Positions 55,679 to 64,000 of a stretch of 64,000 nt of DNA are shown here, piece by piece (the first letter of the stretch is position 1; every line of letters starts with the position of its first letter). The stretch comes from Octopus sinensis. Its lineage: Eukaryota. The DNA lies in contig NC_043012.1 of NCBI RefSeq assembly GCF_006345805.1, forward strand, positions 42,842,001 to 42,906,000, written 5' to 3'. A model generated the notes under the pieces. The model saw only the letters and a program-made list of their open reading frames with translations. It had not been told where the DNA came from and made no database searches. Made by a program: the position numbers and the translations under genes.

Positions 55679-56001
55679 TTGCAGCGTGGAAGGTGTTTGT
55701 AAGCCATTTAAGAAACACACAAAAACCGTTACATTCACTTCAACATTTAAATTTAATTTGCCAAAATATTTTCGTCGCTTTGAGACCGCGACCTGTTCAC
55801 TGACAAAAATATCGTGCTAACAGGTCGCGGTCTCAAAGCGACGAAAATATTTTGACAAATTAAATTTAAATGTTGAAGTGAATCTAACGGTTTTTGTGTG
55901 TTTCTTAAATGGCTTATAAACACCTTCAACGCTGCAACTGTTTTCGTTCCAGCACACGATCTCAGATCAAGTCACTTGCTATGCAAGTACATCTCTGTAA
56001 C
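55679..56001. mobile_element. Asymmetric fold-back element (family also at 59648-59842 and, as a single arm, at 51049-51170)
   Basis: Arms 55679-55797 and 55819-55937 are reverse complements; the right arm continues to ctctgtaac; inserted in (TA)n. Confidence 0.8.
55757..55807 (-). ncRNA. Minimal hammerhead-like motif with swapped G3-C8 core
   Basis: Minus strand: UUUGUCA GUGAACA g GUCGC-ggucucaaa-GCGAC GAA AAUAUU U^ UGGCAAA; 7-bp stem I (one G-U; the other arm has UGACAAA), 5-bp stem II, palindromic AAUAUU. Confidence 0.6.
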
Positions 56002-56097
56002 TATATATATATTTATATATATATATATGTGTATTGGTAAAAACAGTAAGATAACAAAAGAAAGAAAGAGACCTCAATATTATGTAAATAGAGGAAA

Positions 56098-56491
56098 TCT
56101 TTATATATAAAAGTGAGGTTGTGTGTCTGTCTCCTACGATTTAGATTCCTAACTACTCCCACATTTTGCGGTGCAGTTTAACCAAAACCGGCTATCTTAT
56201 AGTCGTGATTCATATCGAGACCGTCTGGGTATTAGCGCACGTCTACGATGAGTCTACGATTTAAAAAAAATTTACCATCAATTTTTCCCATTTTTAATCC
56301 ATTTTTGACATATATAAGGGAAGTAACTCTCTAAAATTTATTATTAAATCTCAGAACGTAGAAAGCTACAGTAACACCCCTCCCCCTTTGTGGTTAGCCA
56401 TATTGAGATGGCTATTATACTTTACATCTCTAAAAATGCTTATATAATTATTTCCCTTACAAACCCGAGCAACGCCGGGCGATACTGCTAG
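56098..56491 (+). mobile_element. Short non-autonomous Helitron (394 bp)
   Basis: A|TC start; same 3' end as the 51530 element (cccgagcaacgccgggcgatactgCTAG|T) but a different 5' half. Confidence 0.85.
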
Positions 56492-56506
56492 TATATATAT
56501 ATATAT

Positions 56507-56731
56507 ACCAGATTAATGTGAAACAAGGTGGGAAAAATAGTACTTCAATACCAGAGGTAGAGTAATATGCTTTATTAAAAAGCAGCAAAAATATCATGAA
56601 AGCTGTTACTCAGGGTTTCATATTCCCATTCGTTGGACAGTTTTGTTATTCTAAATAAAACTGTTTGATGGACGAGAACATGAAACTCTGAGTAACAGTT
56701 TTTGTGATATTTTTGCTGCTTTTTAATAAAG
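56507..56731. mobile_element. Fold-back PLE-end-like element with two decayed hammerhead-like motifs
   Basis: Inverted arms 56570-56644 and 56657-56731; + arm AAAACUGU uugaugg acg-agaa-cau GAA ACUC-u-GAGU A^ ACAGUUUU (8-bp stem I); both cores carry substitutions. Confidence 0.55.
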
Positions 56732-56770
56732 TGTGTGTATATATGTATACGCACACACACACTATGTATA

Positions 56771-56834
<64 letters not shown>

Positions 56835-56836
<2 letters not shown>

Positions 56837-58103
56837 TGCTGGACAAAATAATGGAAACACCTTAAAAATCTCAAACAAATTAATTTTAATATGGAGTAAG
56901 ATTGCCTTTGGCAGTAATTGCAGCTTGAATTCTACGAGGTATGGGCTTGTACTAAGTTTGGATTGGTTCCAAAGGAATTTTTGTCCATTCTTCAGTTAAA
57001 ACAGTCTCCAGTTTTTGTAGTGATGTTGGTGGTGGATATCGACTCCTTATTTGTTTTTCTAAAATGCACCATAAATGTTCAATAATATTGAGATCTGGGG
57101 ACTGTGGTGGCCAGATAAGATGTTCAACTTCAGTAGAATGTTCCTTGTGCCATTCAGTAAAAACTTTAGCTGTGTGAATTGGTGCATTATCATCCTGAAC
57201 GATTATGTTTCCCTCCGGAAACAGTTCCACAACCATAGGATGAATTTGATCAGGTAAAATGCTGAAATAGTCTTGACTGTTAATTCTGCCATGAATGGAA
57301 ACCATTAGGCCAGCAGATTTCCAAGATATAGCCCCCTCCCCATCATCACAGATCCTCCTTCATGTTTAACAGTAGGAAGAAGGCAGTCTAGTTCAAATGT
57401 TTCTTTTGGCTGTCTCTACATGTATACTCGGCCGGTTGTCGGAAAGAAGTTAATGGATGACTTGTCTGAGAAAATAACATTCTTCCACTGCTCTAGGGAC
57501 CAATTCTGTAGGTTTTTACTCCACTCTAAATGCTTTGCAACGTTTGTTTTTGAAAGTAGTGCCTTTCTAATTGCAGCTCTCCTATGAAATCCAAACTTTG
57601 TGCAGCTCCTGGTGAACAGTTTTTGTGGAAACTGGGTCCTCGAGGTGGTCATTAAGCTCTGCAGTAATTTTGGGGGCTGTACTTTTGTGATACCTTCTAA
57701 CAATTAGCGTAAGAGTCCGATGGTCCCCATCTGAAAGTTCTGGATTTCTTTCAGAGTTTTGTTTCGACGAGGAGGTTTTTTCCTTCTTTCTCAAAGGCTG
57801 TCATTACTTTCTAGACAGTACTTTTTGATACACCAAACATTTCGACTATTTTTTGTTAAGCTAGCACCTGCCATATGAACACCAACAATTTGATCTCTTT
57901 GAAAGTGTTATAGATCTGTCATTTTAATGAATTTTAATTACCTTTTTCTTCTGATACCTGAAAAGAATAAGCAATTTTAGCAAAACATATTAAGCAACAC
58001 TAATAATAAATCAAAAAACATAAAAATAAACAAGCTTTTGATGGTTTTATAGATATTTCAAAATTATGATGTTAGGTGCTTCCATTATTTAGTGCAGCCC
58101 CTG
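56835..58103 (-). mobile_element. Tc1-like transposon with DD36E spacing, decayed
   Basis: TIR core aaaataatggaa.cacct at both ends; NVIFSD; QDDNAPIH...WPPQSPDLNIIE (36 residues between D and E, counted). Confidence 0.85.
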
Positions 58104-58107
58104 TATA

Positions 58108-59628
58108 TAAACTGTGCATCACGCTTTATTGCACATCAAATTCTTGTTGATATTTTGAATATTACACATTATACAAACAGGAAACTTGGTCCATTGAAAG
58201 ATCCTAGATATGTACGTACGCAGTGACATTTCAATCGTATTGATAAGCTACACACAAAGATATGTTGAGTTATATGTTTTGAAGTGCTTTCAACTGTATC
58301 ACGCTTTATTGCAGGTGTATGAAAATGTCCCTGAACGATGTCTGACAGCTACAGAAAAGATGCAGATTGTTGCAGGTCTCGCAGAAGGCTTATCTGTAGA
58401 ATTAGCCCATGAACTTGGTAGGGATACAGGAACATTGAAGGCGTATGTGGAAAGCCCCATCACCAAACCAAGGCAATATAAAAGTATAAGAAGTGTATCC
58501 CAGCTTGACATCCGAAAAATAGGTAGACAAGTACTGCCATATCTAAAACTGCTGTGGTTGCTCCTTTGTCCAGAAGCACCCAGTGTAGGATCCTTAAAGA
58601 GATGGCCAGAAGTATTAAGTGCATCGCTAGACCCCCTCCTACGCAAGAACCACAAAGAGAAGCATATTGATTGGGTATGGAAGTACATGAAGATCAATTT
58701 CCAAGATGTCCTCTTCACGGATGGGGCCAGAACTACTCTGGATGGCTCGGACGGATAGGCCAAATTTGGGTGCCTCTTGGAGCCTCTCGCCCACATCACA
58801 TTTGGATCAAGGAGATGGTGGTGCCATGTTTTTGGTTGAGAATCATAGGAAATGAACTTCTCAGGCCTTTCCGAGTGCCAGAAGGTGTCAAACTCACCAG
58901 CAACTCCTGCACCGCATTCATGGAGGAGCATTTTGCAGCATGGTTAGATGATCTGCTACTCTTGTCGATGGCGATTGATTTTTATGCATGACAATGCTCC
59001 TTCACTTTTAACCACGGCTACAATTTCGTACCTCACAACTTTGGGAATCACAGGCCAATTACTCCTGGCTTGACCTCCGTGTTCTCCTGACCTAAACCCT
59101 ATCGAACAGCTCTGGTCAATCTTGAAGAAGAAAATGTATGAAGGAGGTACCCATCTTTCATCAAAGGATGCCCTGTGGGAAAAGATTAAAACAGTTGCTG
59201 GTACCATAACATCTCAGATTAACCAGCTAACATCTGTGGACAAAAGACTGTTTGATGTCGTTTCTAAACAAGGAGGTTATGCAGACAAAGTTCAGCACCA
59301 ACAATTTGTGTTTGTTTCATATCTTTTGCTGCCATTCTTTGGTAGCATATTTCACTATTACAATAACATAGTAATATAATGATAATACTTTGTTTCATTA
59401 CCTTAAATTGACATTTTCGTACACCTGCAATAAAGCATGACACAGTTGAAAACACCTCAAAATGCATAACTCAACATAACTTTGTATCTTATCAATATGA
59501 TTGAAATGGTCACTGCATACATACCTACCTAGCATTTTTCAGTGGACCAAGTTTCACATTTGTATAATGGTTAATATTCAAAATATCAACAAAAATTTGA
59601 CCTGCAATAAAGCACGATACACAGTTTA
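58108..59628 (+). mobile_element. Tc1-like DD37E (TRT-type) transposon with long IR/DR TIRs, decayed
   Basis: About 220-bp TIRs each holding two cacgctttattgca-type repeats; VLFTDGARTTLDGSDG; MHDNAPS...*PPCSPDLNPIE (37 residues); KKKMYEGG. Confidence 0.88.
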
Positions 59629-59647
59629 TATATACATATGTATATAC

Positions 59648-59842
59648 AATTGCAGCGTGGAAGGTGTTTATAAGCCATTTAAGAAACACACAAAAACCAT
59701 TAGATTCACTTCAACATTTAAAAAGGTTGAAGTGAATTTAACGGTTTTTGTGTGTTTCTTAAATGGCTTCTAAACACCTTCCATGCTGCAATTATTTTCG
59801 TTCCAGTACACGATCTCAGATCAGGTCACTTGCTCTGTAATA
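59648..59842. mobile_element. Shorter fold-back copy of the 55.7 kb family
   Basis: Same left terminus ttgcagcgtggaagg and right terminus ctctgtaa; inversion at 59715/59726, so the HHR segment is absent. Confidence 0.75.
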
Positions 59843-59843
59843 T

Positions 59844-60230
59844 CATCATCATCATCATCATCATCATTTAACGTCCGCTTTCCATGCTAGCATGGGTTGG
59901 ATGATTTGACTGAGGACTGGCGAAACAGATGGCCATCACGCTTCAGGACCAGTTACTGCAACAGCCTGGGTTTCAAGGGCCCACAGCTTTTAAATATTCT
60001 CCCAAAGAGTCTGAGGAACTTGCACAAAGTAGATGTAGGGGTTTTTAAATCAAAGCTGGACCTCTTCCTGTCGAGAGTCCCAGATGAAGCTACCTCATGG
60101 CAAGAGGTGCAAAAGAGGGTAGTTATATCAAACTCCATTCTTCACCAAGTAGCACGTATTAGAGGAGGCTGTTAGTAATAACAGTGTAGTACAAGACTGC
60201 GATGCATCAGCATGGCTGCAGCTCTGAGCT
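59844..60230. mobile_element. RTE-tail fragment (-) abutting a CR1/L2-like LINE 3' fragment (+)
   Basis: (cat)n-ttaacgtccgctttccatgc, followed by SLGFKGPQLLNILPKSLRNL...FKSKLDLFLSRVPDE. Confidence 0.65.
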
Positions 60231-60267
60231 GAATCTAGGAAAATATCTATATCTATCTATCTATCTA

Positions 60268-60300
<33 letters not shown>

Positions 60301-60304
<4 letters not shown>

Positions 60305-60594
60305 GTTTATATATTTGTTTTGCAAGTTTTTTGATGTGAAGTCGTGTGTTGAAACAGATATAGTTGTATTTAGGAATGGTCATTTTGCCAGTTTAGCTAA
60401 TAAAAACACATGCACTATATATAAGAAAGCAAAAGACCACTGATGCGGTGACAGGAGTGTGATGAAAGAACTCTGGACGAAATAAGATTAAGATTAATGC
60501 AAAAAATAAATAACACTGAAGCAGAGTAACACCAAATATATAGTGCGTGTTTTTATTGGCTAAACTGGCAAAATGACCATTCCGAAATATAACA

Positions 60595-60600
<6 letters not shown>
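60301..60600. mobile_element. Asymmetric fold-back element in (TA)n
   Basis: About 60-bp inverted arms (about 60358-60420 and 60536-60600: ggaatggtcattttgccagtttagc / gctaaactggcaaaatgaccattcc) with a ~115-bp spacer. Confidence 0.65.
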
Positions 60601-60631
<31 letters not shown>

Positions 60632-60694
60632 ATATATATATTGTACATATATGTATACTTATACATATATATATGGTATATATATGTTTATATA

Positions 60695-60736
<42 letters not shown>

Positions 60737-60782
60737 ACATATATGTATACTTATACATATATATATGGTATATATATGTTTA

Positions 60783-60830
<48 letters not shown>

Positions 60831-60880
60831 ACATATATGTATACTTATACATATATATATGGTATATATATGTTTATATA

Positions 60881-60922
<42 letters not shown>

Positions 60923-60982
60923 ACATATATGTATACTTATACATATATATATGGTATATATATGTTTATATATGTGTGTGTA

Positions 60983-61014
<32 letters not shown>

Positions 61015-61067
61015 TGTACATATATGTATACTTATACATATATATATGGTATATATATGTTTATATA

Positions 61068-61115
<48 letters not shown>

Positions 61116-61192
61116 ACATATATGTATACTTATACATATATATATGGTATATATTTTTATATGTGTGTGTGTGTATATATATGTATATATAT

Positions 61193-61244
<52 letters not shown>

Positions 61245-61405
61245 GGTCCCGGGTTGAGTCGGGGTTAACCACAGTAAATAAGGTACTCAATACATAGAGT
61301 AAATTAATTTATTTTATAGAAGGAGCTTCTACAGGACTAGAACTGTTTCCTGATGATTTCTTTTGAATGAAACAGTTCTTGTCCTGTAGAAGCTCCTTCT
61401 ATAAA

Positions 61406-61445
<40 letters not shown>

Positions 61446-61472
61446 ACTTATATATATATATATATATGTATA

Positions 61473-61543
<71 letters not shown>

Positions 61544-61782
61544 ACTTATATATATATACATATATATATGGTATATATATGTTTATATATGCATGTGTAT
61601 ATATATATGTGTATATATATGGTATATGTATATATATATATGTGTATATATATGGTATATATATATGTATATATATATATATATGTGTATATATATGGTA
61701 TATATATATATGTATATATATATATATGTGTATATATATGGTATATATATATGTATATATATATATATGTGTATATATATGG

Positions 61783-61814
<32 letters not shown>

Positions 61815-61836
61815 TATATGTGTGTATATATTTATG

Positions 61837-61868
<32 letters not shown>

Positions 61869-61884
61869 TATGTGTGTATATATT

Positions 61885-61917
<33 letters not shown>

Positions 61918-62000
61918 TTATATATATATATATATGGTATGTATATATGGTATATATATATGTATATATGGTATGTATATATGGTATATATGTGTGTATA

Positions 62001-62059
<59 letters not shown>

Positions 62060-62148
62060 TATGTATATATGGTATATATATATGTATATATGGTATGTAT
62101 ATATGGTATATATATATGTATATATGGTATATATATATGTATATATGG

Positions 62149-62179
<31 letters not shown>

Positions 62180-62398
62180 GGTATATATATATATATGGTA
62201 TATATATATATGGTATATATATATATGTATATATGGTATATATATATATATATATTTATATGTATATATGGTATATATATATATTTATATGTATATATGG
62301 TATATATATATATTTATATGTATATATGGTATATATATATATTTATATGTATATATGGTATATATATATATTTATATGTATATATGGTATATATATAT

Positions 62399-62455
<57 letters not shown>

Positions 62456-62497
62456 TGTATATGTATATATAGTGTATATATATGTATGTATATATAT

Positions 62498-62548
<51 letters not shown>

Positions 62549-62570
62549 TATATATATATCTATAATAATA
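60600..62570. repeat. (TA)n tract with a ~94-bp higher-order repeat, interrupted by the 61242-61411 element
   Basis: gtacatatatgtatacttatacat at 60643, 60735, 60829, 60921, 61016 and 61114. Confidence 0.92.
61242..61411. mobile_element. Solo fold-back copy of the 249-bp family with a + strand hammerhead at 61345-61393
   Basis: Starts gtaggtcccggg after (TA)n; 43-bp inverted arms 61307-61349 and 61369-61411 (1 mismatch); GUUUC CUGAUGA UUUC-uuuu-GAAU GAA ACAG-uucuuguc-CUGU A^ GAAGC. Confidence 0.8.
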
Positions 62571-62591
62571 TGTTACATTACTCAATAGTCA

Positions 62592-62654
62592 AGATAAAAC
62601 TCTGAGTTTCAGATGCCGAAGTGGAAATCCACAACACCATCTCTTCAGTTATCT
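62592..62654 (-). ncRNA. Type I hammerhead-like motif antisense to, and just upstream of, a PLE RT remnant
   Basis: Minus strand: AGAUAA CUGAAGA GAUG-(loop with inner gugga/uccac stem)-CAUC u GAA ACUC-a-GAGU U^ UUAUCU; one extra U precedes G12. Confidence 0.5.
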
Positions 62655-62685
62655 GGCTATCTGAAAAACGCTATGAAAAAATACC

Positions 62686-63480
62686 GTTATATAAAGGGAA
62701 ATGCCTCTATCTCTAAAGAACTGCTAGATAAAGCCCTTGTCTTCGCTAGTGATTTCATAGAAATCAGTACAAATGATAAGGACATAATCTTCCATGCTAG
62801 AAAGACCTTACTTTTCAGTTAGAACGCAAAGTGGGTCAAAAATACCGACACAGAGGGTGTTTTCGATGTGAGCATGGGGTCATATGATGGAGCAGGCATT
62901 TGCGATCTTATTGGATTTTTTCTCCTAGATACTTTAGGTAAGACATTTCCTGACGTATATTTCGCCATCTACAAAGATGATGCCCTCGCTTTAACCGCTA
63001 ATACAAATGGACCAGCACAGGATCGTTTTAGGAAGGATATTATCCAATTAATGGAGCTTGCATGTCCGAGACCATCATCTATGAAGCTACCGTAGACTCT
63101 ATAACCACTAAAGACACCGTTTCGGCGAAGAAATATGTTTGCCTTACAGAGGGTAATTTCAAGGCCATGTTCAATAACCACACCTTGAGTTTTAGGCACT
63201 GGAACAAAAGAAAAACGACACAATTATCTAATCATATTTGGTCTTTAAAAGATAAAGGTGTTGAATATAACATACATTGGAAGATTTTGGCCAAATGTAA
63301 GCCCTATACCAACGGCAGCGGTAGGTGCAGTCTATGCGACATGGAGAAATGGCTTATCTGGAAAAGCAGCTTAGACCCTACTACATGTCTAAACTCAAGG
63401 ATAGAACTTTTCGGATCATGCCCACATGTGACTAAATTTTTGTTACGTTTTTGGTCCCCTAAAGAAAACAGATAGAACAT
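62686..63480 (+). mobile_element. Penelope-like element remnant (RT core joined to GIY-YIG by an internal deletion)
   Basis: SISKELLDKALVFA...HARKTLLF, FDVSMGSYDGAGICDLIG, IYKDDALAL; then IIYEATV...KYVCLTEGNFKAMFNNHTLSFRH...WKIL...CSLCDMEK. Confidence 0.88.
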
Positions 63481-64000
63481 GCTTTCTATGTTATGTCCCA
63501 AAAAGTTTTTTATCTCATTATACCTTTTATCATATATTTTTTCATATTTTTATATTTTCGCACATAATAATTTTTTCTGTACTTTTCTATCCTGCATTTT
63601 TTCCTGTGCCTATATAGACATGTATATAGATTCATTTATACACGTGTGTGAATATGTATGAATGGGCAGTTTTTTAGATGTGTGCGTGTGTGCGGACATA
63701 AGAATGCTCATATATATATATATATATATATATATAGACGTTTTTACTTAGTATTTAAAAAAAAAAATTTGGTGGGAGGGACATATGTATATTCAATTTT
63801 TGTATATGCGTGTGTATGTATGCGTATATAAATATGTGCTGGTATGTACATATATGGGCGTGTGTGTGTATGAGTGCATAGGGGCTTATCCGTATATGTA
63901 CGTGGTTTTTATGCTTTGTATACTTCCTTATTATATATATATTTTTTCTGCTATCTTTAACCATGGTTTTTCTTGTGTTTGTGCATATATAGACGTATGT

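Noticed and set aside
58210-58758. 182-aa ORF as a host gene
   Set aside because: It is a frameshifted patchwork of the DD37E transposase and its TIR.

Overview
AT-rich, repeat-saturated animal genomic DNA. The tRNA-derived SINEs, (CAT)n-tailed RTE ends and multi-kb (TA)n tracts resemble octopus (species assignment is inference). The only host gene visible is a + strand Myb transcription factor: three firm exons encoding R2 and R3 (5592-5695, 12156-12284, 21667-21832) and a probable fourth 55-nt exon (42742-42796); earlier and later exons were not found in the window. The introns hold decayed mobile elements: RTE and CR1 LINEs, SINEs, piggyBac and its MITEs, mariner DD34D, Tc1-type DD36E and DD37E elements, Helitrons, Ty3/Gypsy, and several Penelope-like elements (PLEs; RT + GIY-YIG). 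The main finding is hammerhead-ribozyme (HHR) motifs. A ~249-bp unit carrying a complete type I HHR fold is tandemly amplified at 32570-35902 (8 units on -, then about 5.3 units on +), forming a near-perfect palindrome that resembles a non-LTR retrozyme array. A solo fold-back relative with canonical CUGAUGA lies at 61242-61411. Unrelated PLE-end-like families carry minimal HHR-like motifs that keep the 3-8 core pair as C-G (28.7 kb), G-C (55.8 kb) or U-A (48.3 kb). Many of these elements are asymmetric fold-backs inserted in (TA)n, and in two families the termini are fixed while the inversion point varies. All folds were derived by eye; no activity is demonstrated.
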